64,000 nucleotides of DNA from Candidatus Anstonellales archaeon (GCA_038896535.1 JAWACY010000001.1:1-64000), one strand, 5' to 3'; shown: positions 38,404 to 48,815, counted from the first letter of the stretch. A program made the numbers and translations. The notes: generated by a model not told the origin, from the sequence alone.

Positions 38404-39222
38404 TTAAATGTTTATTGCAATCCATCCTTTTAGCTTATTGTCATAATGAGAGGGTTTTATACCAGCATTATAGAGCCTTTTTGCTACACTATCCTTTATA
38501 TTTACTCTTCTATTCCTGCCAAAATAACCGGTATAATGAAAAAGCTTTGCTCCTTTTTTCATGTGCCTCTTTAACTTATCATAAAATGCTTGTGAATACA
38601 GTTCCGGGCTGTGACTGAATCTTGGCGGATCATGAATAATATAGTCAAAATCTCCCAAGTCATCTATAAAATGAAAAATATCTCCCTCTATTATTGTTAT
38701 TCTTTTGTTATTAAAAAAATCTTTACTGAATGGGTTTATTCTTGCCAAGCTTATTACCTCTCTGCTTTTCTCAACTGATATAACATTTCCATATTTTGAA
38801 AGCTCAATAGAAACATAACCAAGGCCAGCACAACAATCAAGAATATTTATGTCTCCTTTCCTTATATGCAGTGCTTTTATTATTGCTTTTGCATAATGAA
38901 ATGGCGTTTTCCATTCTTTTATTAAATGCATTCTTAACCCGTCTATTTCCAATATTGGCACTTCATTATATTGCTTTAACGCATAGAGGTGGCCATTTTG
39001 AAATATTCTAAGCGCATAACACATCTCTTGTTTTTTATCATATAGATAGACGTTTTTATCCTTCTTTTTTATTGTGCATTTTTTTGTAATGTTATATAAA
39101 TCTTGGACAAAATGGGCAGTACTCTCATTAAAACGCGTTTTTCCCAAATCTATCGTGTAAATGCCTTTTTTCCAGTAATGCTCTATTACATAATTAGACA
39201 GCAAGATATTTTCTTCCATCAA
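38404..39222 (-). CDS. Archaeal class I SAM-dependent methyltransferase
   Basis: LEIDGLRMH, LDCCAGLGY, NPFS, HDPPRFS, ELYS, FHYTG. Confidence 0.85.
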   Translation of the reverse strand: MMEENILLSNYVIEHYWKKGIYTIDLGKTRFNESTAHFVQDLYNITKKCTIKKKDKNVYLYDKKQEMCYALRIFQNGHLYALKQYNEVPILEIDGLRMHLIKEWKTPFHYAKAIIKALHIRKGDINILDCCAGLGYVSIELSKYGNVISVEKSREVISLARINPFSKDFFNNKRITIIEGDIFHFIDDLGDFDYIIHDPPRFSHSPELYSQAFYDKLKRHMKKGAKLFHYTGYFGRNRRVNIKDSVAKRLYNAGIKPSHYDNKLKGWIAINI

Positions 39223-39267
39223 CTGCAGTTTGGTAAAGGTTTTTAAAAGTTTACATTGAATGCAATC

Positions 39268-39651
39268 ATGGACTTAACAAAAAAACACTGCATTCCCTGT
39301 GAAGGCGGTTTCCCCCCAATGAGCAATAAAGAAGAAAATGAATACATAAAGAAAATAAAGGGATGGACATTAAATAGGAATGGAATACATAAAATAAGTA
39401 AATATTTCGTATTCAAAAATTTTGTTGATGCTATGGCATTTGTAAATAATGTTGCTTTGATTGCTGAACAAGAGGGGCACCATCCTGATATTCATATATC
39501 CTATAATAAAGTATTGATAGAGAGTTATACGCATGCAATAAAGGGGCTGTCTGAAAATGATTTTATACTTGCTGCAAAAATAGATAAAATTGCAGACAAG
39601 AAAAACAAGAATTTGAAAAAAAATAGAAAATTAACAAAAGGGAAAAAATAA
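39268..39651 (+). CDS. Pterin-4-alpha-carbinolamine dehydratase
   Basis: CIPCEGG, FKNF, AEQEGHHPD, THAIKGLSENDFILAAKID. Confidence 0.92.
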   Translation: MDLTKKHCIPCEGGFPPMSNKEENEYIKKIKGWTLNRNGIHKISKYFVFKNFVDAMAFVNNVALIAEQEGHHPDIHISYNKVLIESYTHAIKGLSENDFILAAKIDKIADKKNKNLKKNRKLTKGKK

Positions 39652-39675
39652 AAAATGAAATGCTGATAATAGATT

Positions 39676-41223
39676 ATGAACTACTTATTGGATACATCGA
39701 TTATTATCGACGGAAGGATCATAGAGCTTATTGAAACAAAGGAGATTGAAGGCAACATATACATTACAAAGGCCAGCATAGCCGAGCTAGAACACCAGGC
39801 AAATATGAATAAAGAAACTGGCTTCACTGGTTTTTCTGTAATAGAGAAATTAAAAAGTATGGAAGGTGCCTATAACATAAAAATAGAGATTGTAGGAGAA
39901 AGACCAACAACACAAGATGTCATAAGAGCAAAAGAGACTGGGGCAATAGATGCATCAATAAGAGCAATTGCAAAAAATCTTAATGCTACACTTATAACAG
40001 CAGATAAAGTACAGCATCTTGCAGCCATCGCAGAAGGCATAGCAACAATATATTTAAGATCAAGGGAAAAACCAGAAAAGCCTTTGCTTTTTGAGAAATA
40101 TTTTGATGAACTTACAATGTCTGTTCATATGAAAGAGGACACGCCAATAAAAATTAAGAGGGGCACGCCCGGCAATTGGAAAATGATCGTGCTTGCTGAT
40201 AAACCAACAACACATGAATTAAGAGAGATGTCAGAGCAAATAATAGAGGCAACAAAGAGAAATGTAAATTATTATATAGAAATTGATAAGCCCGGGGCAA
40301 CTGTAATCCAGATGAGAGATTACAGAATTGTAATATCAAAGCCCCCATTTTCTGATGGCTTTGAGATAACGATTGTCAGGCCAATAAAAAAATTAAAACT
40401 TGAAGATTATAAGCTTGACAAATCCCTGCTTGAAAGACTTGATAAAGAAGCAGAAGGTATCATCATTGCTGGCCCGCCAGGCAGCGGCAAAACAACATTC
40501 GCGACAGCACTTGCTGAGTATTATTTAAAAAAGGGGAAGATCGTAAAAACAATGGAAGACCCAAGAGATATGAAAGTATCAGATGAGATAACGCAATATA
40601 CACGGCTTGATGGAACATATGAAAATACAAAAGACATTTTGCTTTTAGTAAGGCCTGATTATGTATTTTTTGATGAAGTGAGAAAAACAGAAGAATTTAA
40701 TGTATACGCAGACCTTAGATTTGCAGGTGTTGGTCTTGTCGGCGTTGTTCATGCAAATAGGGCAATAGATGCAATACAAAGATTCATAAACAGAGTTGAG
40801 CTTGGCGTTATTCCACAAATTGTTGATACAACCATATTTATTTCTGATGGCAAACCAAGTAAAATTTACTTGCTGGAGCACACAATAAAAGTGCCAACAG
40901 GAATGACAGAAAGGGATTTGGCAAGGCCTGTTATAGAAATAAAAGATTTTTACACAAAACAGCTCGAATATGAGATATATAAATTTGGCGAAGAAACAGT
41001 TGTTTTGCCAATAAAGAAATTGCCAAAGATCGACAGGGAAGTAAATAAATTATCTTCATTATTCTCAACATTTTTATCAAGAGATATAAGGGTTGAAAGA
41101 CAAGTGGACAGATTTATTGTTTATTTAACTGCTGATGAGATTAAGAGGTTTTTTAAGAGTTTTAGAAAAAGATTTGAGAGATTAAAAAAGAAATTTGGCG
41201 ACATAGAAATAAGGGAAATGTAA
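39676..41223 (+). CDS. PIN-domain ATPase (PINA family)
   Basis: DTSIIIDG, ELEHQAN, GPPGSGKTTF, LLVRPD, DEVR, GVVHA, RVELG. Confidence 0.9.
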   Translation: MNYLLDTSIIIDGRIIELIETKEIEGNIYITKASIAELEHQANMNKETGFTGFSVIEKLKSMEGAYNIKIEIVGERPTTQDVIRAKETGAIDASIRAIAKNLNATLITADKVQHLAAIAEGIATIYLRSREKPEKPLLFEKYFDELTMSVHMKEDTPIKIKRGTPGNWKMIVLADKPTTHELREMSEQIIEATKRNVNYYIEIDKPGATVIQMRDYRIVISKPPFSDGFEITIVRPIKKLKLEDYKLDKSLLERLDKEAEGIIIAGPPGSGKTTFATALAEYYLKKGKIVKTMEDPRDMKVSDEITQYTRLDGTYENTKDILLLVRPDYVFFDEVRKTEEFNVYADLRFAGVGLVGVVHANRAIDAIQRFINRVELGVIPQIVDTTIFISDGKPSKIYLLEHTIKVPTGMTERDLARPVIEIKDFYTKQLEYEIYKFGEETVVLPIKKLPKIDREVNKLSSLFSTFLSRDIRVERQVDRFIVYLTADEIKRFFKSFRKRFERLKKKFGDIEIREM

Positions 41224-41233
41224 TAGTGGGAAC

Positions 41234-41824
41234 ATGAAAATTTTAAGGTTAAAGGACGAATATGACAAATGCCTAGAAGAAGCAGGAAATGCTTTACTTA
41301 ATAATGAACTCATCGTATACCCAACTGATACTGTTTATGGGCTTGGAGCAATTGCAACACATGAAGAGGCGATAAAAAAAGTCTATGAAGCAAAATCCAG
41401 AGATAAAGAGAAAAAATTAACAGTTATGGTCGGCAATTTACAACAACTTCTGCAGTATTTTTCACCTGAGCCTTTAGAAATAAGATATATTTATAGTTAT
41501 CTTCCAGGCCCTTACACATTCATCATGAAAGCAAAAAAAGAATTAATGCATATTGGGGATGAAGTTGGGGTAAGGGTTATTGATCACTATTTTTGTAGAA
41601 AACTTTGCCTTTATGTGAATGCTCCAATAATAAGCACATCTGCAAATATTAGCGGAAAAGAACCAATAACAATGTTTGAACAGCTTGACAAAGAGCTTGA
41701 GAAATTCGTATCAATAGCAATAGATGGAGGAAAATTAAAATATTCAATGCCATCTACAATAGTGAATATAAGAAAAAAAGAAATTATAAGGCAGGGGGCT
41801 GGCGATTTTAAATGGCTCCATTAG
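41234..41824 (+). CDS. Threonylcarbamoyl-AMP synthase (TsaC/Sua5, YrdC domain)
   Basis: PTDTVYGL, K-x-R, PGPYT, STSANISG, PSTIV. Confidence 0.92.
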   Translation: MKILRLKDEYDKCLEEAGNALLNNELIVYPTDTVYGLGAIATHEEAIKKVYEAKSRDKEKKLTVMVGNLQQLLQYFSPEPLEIRYIYSYLPGPYTFIMKAKKELMHIGDEVGVRVIDHYFCRKLCLYVNAPIISTSANISGKEPITMFEQLDKELEKFVSIAIDGGKLKYSMPSTIVNIRKKEIIRQGAGDFKWLH

Positions 41825-41979
41825 TCTTTTTTAGTCTTTTTATTCATCTAAAAGAAGATTGTGTTCAGCTGTGCTTTAATTCTCTATGCAGTAATAAGAT
41901 AAACAAGAGATAAACAAGAATAAGATTAAAGGGCATATATAAAAATGTAGCACCCCCCAAAACCTAATAATACAAGATG

Positions 41980-42234
41980 AAGATTATAAGAAGGCCTGTG
42001 TATAAGGGTGCGCACCTTCTTACTTCTTATAGGTTATAACATGGGGCTGGAAGATAATAAGAAGGCCTGTGTATAAGGGTGCGCACCTTCTTACTTCTTA
42101 TAGGTTATAACATGGGGCTGGAAGATAATAAGAAGGCCTGTGTATAAGGGTTAGCGCCTTCTACTTCTTATAGGGTATAATAAGGGTTTGGATGATAATA
42201 AGAAGGCCTGTGTAGAAGGGTGAGCGCCTTCTTA
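41980..42234. repeat. tRNA-3'-adjacent palindromic repeat array 2 (four units, period 71/71/70)
   Basis: Units start at 41987, 42058, 42129 and 42199; 35-nt linkers CTTCTTATAGG...GGGGCTGGAAGATAA. Confidence 0.95.
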
Positions 42235-42309
42235 TGGGCCAGGAGGGATTTGAACCCTCGACCTGCTGGTCCGAAGCCAGCCGCTCTGTCCAAGCTGAGC
42301 TACAGGCCC
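42235..42309 (-). tRNA. tRNA-Arg(TCG)
   Basis: Anticodon arm GCTGG-CTTCGGA-CCAGC; full cloverleaf. Confidence 0.95.
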
Positions 42310-42352
42310 AAAAGCAACATGTATTTAAAATGTTTCCTTTTAAAAATATTTA

Positions 42353-42688
42353 ATGAGGGCTCCTTGTTTTAAAGAATGTCCAGAATTAAGCAAAGCATTA
42401 AAACCGCTAAATATAGATTATTATGCTGTTTCATTTATATTAAGAAATTCCACTAAATTATATAACAAGTTTTCACACATAACAGAAAATGAAATGAAAA
42501 AACTTATATTGTATTATGCAAGAAATGGTAAATTACTTGTTATACTTAATGCCATTATATACAATGAACCCAATATCAATTTCTCTAATTTCAAAGAAGT
42601 TGCAGAGAAGAAAGGCCAATTAAAGTTTCCATTTAAAGTCTTTGAACCATTTGAAGAAGAAAAAATGGATAGATTTTTAAATACTTAA
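42353..42688 (+). CDS. Hypothetical protein
   Basis: 111-aa ORF with upstream TATA-like box. Confidence 0.55.
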   Translation: MRAPCFKECPELSKALKPLNIDYYAVSFILRNSTKLYNKFSHITENEMKKLILYYARNGKLLVILNAIIYNEPNINFSNFKEVAEKKGQLKFPFKVFEPFEEEKMDRFLNT

Positions 42689-42713
42689 TATAAAATAGCA
42701 TAAAGGTGGTATT

Positions 42714-42986
42714 ATGGCAAAATACCTTTTGGCAAAACAGATAACAGGAAGAATGGTAATAACCAACGAGGGAGAAGAATTTGGTAGAGTAGTGGACTTA
42801 AATGTAAATGAACTTACTGGGGATATAGAAGATCTCATAATAGATCCAAATCCTGATAACACGAGCCTCGAGCAGTTAAGGACAGAAGATGATTATGTAT
42901 TGATCCCATTTAACAGTGTGCTAGCTGTTGGAGATTATTTAATAGTAGACAAGAGGCGTCTTTTTGAAAGTAGCAGGAATAGATGA
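42714..42986 (+). CDS. PRC-barrel domain protein (possibly CdpB-like cell-division factor)
   Basis: VITNEGEEFGRVVDL, TGDIEDL, IPFNSVLAVGDYLIV. Confidence 0.88.
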   Translation: MAKYLLAKQITGRMVITNEGEEFGRVVDLNVNELTGDIEDLIIDPNPDNTSLEQLRTEDDYVLIPFNSVLAVGDYLIVDKRRLFESSRNR

Positions 42987-43575
42987 AGCTGGAAGAGGCT
43001 CTTTAATAGGGCCTATTGTTATTGCAATATTTATTACCAGTTCCCCAGAGAAGCTTGGGACATTAAAAGATTCAAAGAAGTTAACAAAAAGACAACGAGC
43101 ATTCTTATACAAAAAATTAAAGCATATGGGCGAGTTCGAAGTAATAAAAATATGGCCCACACAGATAGATGAGAGAAATATAAATTTACTTGAACTGGAA
43201 AGTATAAAGGCATTATTAAAAAAACACAAACCAGACAAAGTTTATATAGATGCATTTACAAAAGACAAAAACATTTTTTCATATCCTGGGGTAGATGTTA
43301 TAGCAGAGCATAAAGCAGACGAAAAGTATAGTGTTGTTGCTGCTGCCAGCATTATAGCAAAAGTGATAAGAGATGCTGAAATAAACAAGTTGAAAAGACA
43401 GGTTGGTGATTTTGGTTCCGGTTATCCTTCAGATCAAAAAACAATAGCATTTGTTGAAAAAAACATGGATAAACTTGAAAAAGAAAAAATAATAAGAAAG
43501 AAATGGGAGACATATAAAAGAATAAAGGAACCCAAACAAAAAAAGATAAACTTTGACGAAGTTGATAATAGTTAA
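42964..43575 (+). CDS. rnhB: Ribonuclease HII
   Basis: GIDEAGRG, DSKKL, HKAD, AAASIIAKV, GSGYPSD. Confidence 0.95.
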   Translation: MKVAGIDEAGRGSLIGPIVIAIFITSSPEKLGTLKDSKKLTKRQRAFLYKKLKHMGEFEVIKIWPTQIDERNINLLELESIKALLKKHKPDKVYIDAFTKDKNIFSYPGVDVIAEHKADEKYSVVAAASIIAKVIRDAEINKLKRQVGDFGSGYPSDQKTIAFVEKNMDKLEKEKIIRKKWETYKRIKEPKQKKINFDEVDNS

Positions 43576-44123
43576 TACAATTTTATTACAGCAATTTTTT
43601 CGTATTCTGGGCCCTCTCTTTTTAATACACTTTTAAATACAACGATCTCGCTTGCAGTAAAATGCCCAAAATCATGCGTTTTATATCTATTGACTTCTTC
43701 AAAAAACATCTTATCTGGTTTACATTTTATTCTTGCTATTGTTGCATGGCCCTTATCTGTTATGCTCCCAAATCTTACTTTTTCGCGCATTGCATTTATT
43801 ATGCCTTCTATTCCATATATGCCTGCCCATAAGACTCTTGCATAATCTAATGATGGAAAAAATCCAAGGCCCTTTACATATACGTCAGTCTTTTTTATTC
43901 CAATTTCATCTATTGTTTTTGTTATTTTCATTAAATTACTATAATCAACATTGCCGAGAAAATTTAGTGTTATGTGAACATTCTTTTTATCAACAATTTT
44001 TATACATCTAAAATCCCTTATCTTGTTTTGTATTAAAAGAAGCTCCTTTTTTATGTCTTCTGGTATTTCTATAGCGATAAAGGCCCTTATCTTACTATTA
44101 TTTAATTGTCTTTCCTCTTGCAT
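43572..44123 (-). CDS. thpR: RNA 2',3'-cyclic phosphodiesterase (2H family)
   Basis: RAFIAI, HITL.FLG, RVLWAG, HATIAR, GPEY. Confidence 0.92.
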   Translation of the reverse strand: MQEERQLNNSKIRAFIAIEIPEDIKKELLLIQNKIRDFRCIKIVDKKNVHITLNFLGNVDYSNLMKITKTIDEIGIKKTDVYVKGLGFFPSLDYARVLWAGIYGIEGIINAMREKVRFGSITDKGHATIARIKCKPDKMFFEEVNRYKTHDFGHFTASEIVVFKSVLKREGPEYEKIAVIKLY

Positions 44124-44128
44124 AAACG

Positions 44129-44860
44129 TTATTTAAACAAAATTTTTAAATCACGAACACTACCAAAATAAAAAATTGAGTCCTCTTCTATTGCATATAT
44201 TTTCATTGCATCAGTATCAATATTTTTCATCTCATCACTTAGCCAATCATTGGCTGATAGCACATTTGTTCCTTTTGTCAGGGGATTAAAAGATGGCAAA
44301 ACAAGTAATTTTTCTTTTTCCGCCCATAAATATGCTCTTAATTTTACTCTTGCCCCAACCTCATCCCTTATTGTTATAGCCGGGTGCTCGTTTCCTATGA
44401 TAAGCGTTTCATTGCCCCTTAAAATTTTTTTATGGCCGTGTGATATGATATAGTTTTCAATTTTGTAAAAATCATGTTCTTTTATATCATCTAAATCTTT
44501 TATTATATTCTTTATGTAAAAATCATGATTTCCTTTTATTAATATAATATCGACTTTTTCTCTTATAAATTCAAAAAACTGTTTTATTTCTTCCCATTCT
44601 TGTATAACGTTTTTACCAAAACCTTGCTTTATATCGCCAGCAATAACAAGCTTTTTTAACTCATATTTCTCTATACAATATAATGTCGTTTTCAGCATCT
44701 CTGCTGTTTGTAATCTTGATGTTAAAAGACTGAGTTCTTCCATTCCAATATGCAAATCAGATATGACCCCTATATTTTTGTTTTTTATTATTGCTATTGC
44801 ATATGGAGTTAATGTTATACCATCAACAACTACAATGTCATCATTTTTCATGTTTATCAT
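44129..44860 (-). CDS. Metallophosphoesterase (Lhr-associated type)
   Basis: SDLHIG, GD, GNHD, HGH, EHPA, LPSF. Confidence 0.88.
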   Translation of the reverse strand: MINMKNDDIVVVDGITLTPYAIAIIKNKNIGVISDLHIGMEELSLLTSRLQTAEMLKTTLYCIEKYELKKLVIAGDIKQGFGKNVIQEWEEIKQFFEFIREKVDIILIKGNHDFYIKNIIKDLDDIKEHDFYKIENYIISHGHKKILRGNETLIIGNEHPAITIRDEVGARVKLRAYLWAEKEKLLVLPSFNPLTKGTNVLSANDWLSDEMKNIDTDAMKIYAIEEDSIFYFGSVRDLKILFK

Positions 44861-47418
44861 TATGCTGCTTTGCTTTTTATTGCCATCATAACCTTTTCAT
44901 GCATCCGTCTTATAAATGCTTTTCTGTCCTCCATCATTATAACATCTCTTCCGCCCATAGCAACTATATTAAAAGCAAATGGTGATGGAACTTTCAGATT
45001 TTTTTCAAAATGCAATATTTTTGTACTAATCTTTTTCAAATAATCCAGTGCCTCATCAGCATGCATTGCTTCATAAAGGCATTCGTTATATGCCTCTTTA
45101 ATCAATATAAACTCCTTATCATACTGATATAAAAGTTTCAGCAACGAATCAGCTGATAACTGCTGTCTTGAAATACTTTTCTCATGTTCACCGTATCTCT
45201 TTAATATCAATAAACCTCTAACTGCAACTTGCCTAAATCTCCTTCTGATGAGCTCGCTCCACTCTATACCTTTTTTCAATGCATCCATAAATGTCTGTTC
45301 ATCACAAAAAAGTAGTTCTTTAATGTCCTCTTCATTTGCCCGTCTCCATCTTGGTAATGAAAGCATAAATCCATAATCATTAATACTTACTTTTATATTG
45401 ACGCCCTTTTTCTGGCCAAGCATGAATGCAAATGCTCTTGCAATTGCTTCATTTGCCTTTCTTCCTGCAAGTGTATGAAATATATAATTTCTAAAATTCT
45501 CATCTTCATATTCTTCAACAAGAAACCTGTGCTTATCAGGCACTATAGAATACGCTTTTTGCTCTTTTATATAGTTAAATAACGCCTCTGCGCTTCTTTT
45601 ATCTATGTTATAGTTGCTTACCAAGTATTGAAGTGCCTCTTTTCTGTCCATCTCTGCTATACGTTCTCTAAAATGCGCTATATCAAGGGCAAGTTCATAT
45701 GATAATGGAAGCATTTCAGAGAACCATGCTGGTATAGTTGGTTTCTTTTCCAGTGCTTGGTCAACATATATCCTGTTTCCTTTTGAATATGCAAATTCAT
45801 ATGTCTTTCCACCTAAAACAAATATGTCACCTTTAACAAGTTTTTCAGCAAACTCCTCTTCAACATTCCCAATATAATCACCATTTCTTAAAAATACTTT
45901 TACGTATGTCTCTTCTGGTATCGTGCCAACATTCATATAATATATTGCTCTTGCCATCTTTCCTCGTCTTCCAAATTCCTTGCCATCATACCATATTTTA
46001 CCATAAACATTCCTTGCTTCTAGCCCTTCGTATGAACCAGATAAAAATTCAAGGGTTTTTTCAAATTCTGAGAATGTTAAGTCCTTGTAAACATAACTTC
46101 TCTTTACAATGTGATAAGCTTCTTTAACATCATATTTTTTCTCTAATGCCATGCCCAATAAATGTTGAATTAAAACATCAAAAGGCTTATGTGGTAATCT
46201 TATACTATCAAACTTTTTCTTCAATGCATTGTGTGCCAATACTGTACATTCCAGTAGGTCATCTCTATCAAGCACAATAATATGGCCTGTACTTTTTTCA
46301 TGTAATTTATGTCCGCTTCTGCCTATTCTTTGCAATGCCCTTGAAACAGATTTAGGCGACCCTATTAAAACAACGGTATCTATGCTCCCAATGTCTATAC
46401 CAAGTTCCAAACTTGTTGAACAAACAACTGCTTTTAATTGCCCTCTTTTCAGTTTTTCCTCAGTTTCTAACCTTATCTTTCTGCTCAAGCTTGAGTGGTG
46501 GGTGGCTATTGAATCAATATATTTATCACCAAACTTTTGCTTCAAATGGAAAACAACGCGCTCTGTTGCACTTCTTGTATTGGTAAATATTAATGTTGTT
46601 TTATTCTTATCTATTATCTTATCTAAAATTTTATACATATTACTGCTTACAACTTCTGAATCTGTATATATAAGATCATCAACTGGACTTAATACGTCTA
46701 TTGAAATTAATTTTAGATAGTTTACATCCACTATAATACAATGCCTATCATTTCCAACAAGATATTTCGCAACCTCTTCCAAAGGGTGGACTGTTGCTGA
46801 AAGACCTATCCTAACGAAATTACACTTTTCATTCAACCTTTCTAATGATAAGCTGAGATGCGCCCCTCTTTTGTTGTCAACAAGGGCATGTATCTCATCT
46901 ACAATAACCCATCTAACATCTTGCATGTAAGAAGAAAACTTTTGAGCATTAAGCATGATGGCAAAGCTTTCTGGTGTCGTTATCAATATATGCGGGGGCT
47001 TTTTCAACATGCTAGCCTTTTCTGCCTGCGTTGTATCGCTTGTTCTAACACCAATTCTTATGCCAATATTATAACCCATTTCAGCAAGCTCTTTTAATGG
47101 ATCAAGGAGGTTTCTTTTTATATCGTTATTAAGTGCTCTTAAGGGGGATATATAAATGCAATATACTTTATCTTCAAGTTCATTGTTCTGCTTTAATGTA
47201 TAAAGTTCATTTATTATGCCCAGAAATGCAGCAAGTGTTTTTCCACTTCCTGTTGGAGAGCTTATCAATACATTTTTTTTATCGCATATCTCTTTAATTG
47301 CAAACCTTTGGGGCGGTGAGAATGTTTTATACTTATTTAAAAACCATGCTTTTATTGGGGGCTGTAATATAGCTAATATCTCATTATCGCTAAGTTCTTT
47401 TTTTGCAAAAGATATCAT
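44860..47418 (-). CDS. lhr: Lhr-family SF2 helicase
   Basis: PTGSGKT, SPLRAL, TTPES, DEIH, GLSAT, LELGID, QRIGRSGH, P.WFSE. Confidence 0.95.
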   Translation of the reverse strand: MISFAKKELSDNEILAILQPPIKAWFLNKYKTFSPPQRFAIKEICDKKNVLISSPTGSGKTLAAFLGIINELYTLKQNNELEDKVYCIYISPLRALNNDIKRNLLDPLKELAEMGYNIGIRIGVRTSDTTQAEKASMLKKPPHILITTPESFAIMLNAQKFSSYMQDVRWVIVDEIHALVDNKRGAHLSLSLERLNEKCNFVRIGLSATVHPLEEVAKYLVGNDRHCIIVDVNYLKLISIDVLSPVDDLIYTDSEVVSSNMYKILDKIIDKNKTTLIFTNTRSATERVVFHLKQKFGDKYIDSIATHHSSLSRKIRLETEEKLKRGQLKAVVCSTSLELGIDIGSIDTVVLIGSPKSVSRALQRIGRSGHKLHEKSTGHIIVLDRDDLLECTVLAHNALKKKFDSIRLPHKPFDVLIQHLLGMALEKKYDVKEAYHIVKRSYVYKDLTFSEFEKTLEFLSGSYEGLEARNVYGKIWYDGKEFGRRGKMARAIYYMNVGTIPEETYVKVFLRNGDYIGNVEEEFAEKLVKGDIFVLGGKTYEFAYSKGNRIYVDQALEKKPTIPAWFSEMLPLSYELALDIAHFRERIAEMDRKEALQYLVSNYNIDKRSAEALFNYIKEQKAYSIVPDKHRFLVEEYEDENFRNYIFHTLAGRKANEAIARAFAFMLGQKKGVNIKVSINDYGFMLSLPRWRRANEEDIKELLFCDEQTFMDALKKGIEWSELIRRRFRQVAVRGLLILKRYGEHEKSISRQQLSADSLLKLLYQYDKEFILIKEAYNECLYEAMHADEALDYLKKISTKILHFEKNLKVPSPFAFNIVAMGGRDVIMMEDRKAFIRRMHEKVMMAIKSKAA

Positions 47419-47470
47419 AATAAATATAAATAAGGGTTAGAATTTTTAATACAATAGCATAAATCTATTT

Positions 47471-48610
47471 ATGCTTACTGAAAAGTATAGGCCAAAAATC
47501 CTTAAAGACATTGTTGGAAATGAAGAAGCAAAAAAACAAGCAATTGAATGGATTGAAAAAGTTTTAAAAGGTAAAGAGAAAAAGGCGCTGTTTATATATG
47601 GAAGTACTGGCGTAGGAAAAACTTCTCTTGCTTATGCAATAGCAAAAGAATACAATCTTGAGCCCATATTTTTAACAACATCAGAAAAAAGAAATGATAT
47701 TACAATAAAAAGCATGGAGTTAAGCAATGCGTTTTCTGTTTTTGGAAAGAGGAGGCTTATTATATTTGATGATCTTGAAGGCTTGGCTTCAAAAGATGAC
47801 AGGGGAGCGATAAATGCAATAGTACACATCATAAAAGAAGCAAAAAATCCCATCATTTTAATAGCAAATGACTATTGGAATCAGAAGTTAAAACAGCTTA
47901 GGCCATTTTCAATCCCTGTCCAAATGAAAAAGCTAAATGCAATGCAAATAAAAAAAATACTTGAGTACATAGTCAAAAAAGAGAATATAAAAAATGTAAA
48001 TATAGATGAGATAGCAAAATATGCTGATGGAGATGTAAGAGCAAGCATAAACAATCTTGAAAGCAACATGGCTGCTTATAGAGATAAAAAAAGGGGCGCA
48101 TATGATGTTATTTTATCAATATTAAAGGGGAAAAATATAGATTGGGCAAGGAAAACATTAATGCAAAGCGATGACGATCCTGAGCTGATTATTGCATGGC
48201 TTGATGAGAATATAGCAGTAGAATATAAAACAAAGGAAGAGATAGCAAAAGCATATGATTATTTATCAAAATCTGATTTATTTAGGGCTAGAATCACGAA
48301 AAGGCAATATTGGGGTTTTTTAAGATATGTTACTGTATTCCTTGCTTTTATTGCGCTGGCAAAAAAACATGAAAGCCATGGGCTTACAAGATATGCTTTT
48401 CCATCTTACATAAAAGAGCTCTCTGCAACAATGGAAAAAAGAGCTAAAATAAAGTCAATAGCAGGTAAAATAGCAAAAAAGATACATTCAAATATAAGGT
48501 ATGTTATAAATAATTTCCAGTTTTATAAAATGTTAATATTAAAAAATAAAGAAATGGCAAAAAATTATTTTATGCTTAATGATGATGAAATTGAATTTTT
48601 AGGTGGTTGA
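47471..48610 (+). CDS. rfcL: Replication factor C large subunit
   Basis: EKYRP, GSTGVGKT, GDVRASIN, WLDEN; short C-terminus with no obvious PIP tail. Confidence 0.9.
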   Translation: MLTEKYRPKILKDIVGNEEAKKQAIEWIEKVLKGKEKKALFIYGSTGVGKTSLAYAIAKEYNLEPIFLTTSEKRNDITIKSMELSNAFSVFGKRRLIIFDDLEGLASKDDRGAINAIVHIIKEAKNPIILIANDYWNQKLKQLRPFSIPVQMKKLNAMQIKKILEYIVKKENIKNVNIDEIAKYADGDVRASINNLESNMAAYRDKKRGAYDVILSILKGKNIDWARKTLMQSDDDPELIIAWLDENIAVEYKTKEEIAKAYDYLSKSDLFRARITKRQYWGFLRYVTVFLAFIALAKKHESHGLTRYAFPSYIKELSATMEKRAKIKSIAGKIAKKIHSNIRYVINNFQFYKMLILKNKEMAKNYFMLNDDEIEFLGG

Positions 48611-48815
48611 AGTGGTAAAAATTATATCAATAAGAGATGATGTATATAAAAAATTATTGAATTTCAAGAGGGCCAACAGTACAAGCTTTTCTGATGCAAT
48701 AGATACATTACTTAATTTCTACAAGGCAAAAAAACCAATATCAAAGCAACTTAGCGGAACATTGAAAGAAAGTGATTTATTAAGATCAAGATTAAAGAGG
48801 ATTATGCATGGCTAA
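48603..48815 (+). CDS. VapB-like antitoxin
   Basis: K.ISIRDDVYKKL...K....SFSD.I..LL; overlaps the PIN gene. Confidence 0.8.
   Translation: MVEVVKIISIRDDVYKKLLNFKRANSTSFSDAIDTLLNFYKAKKPISKQLSGTLKESDLLRSRLKRIMHG

Noticed and set aside
41980..42234. CRISPR array (36-bp repeat, 35-bp spacer geometry)
   Set aside because: The linkers are near-identical rather than unique, variation lies inside the palindromic unit, and no cas gene is in the window.
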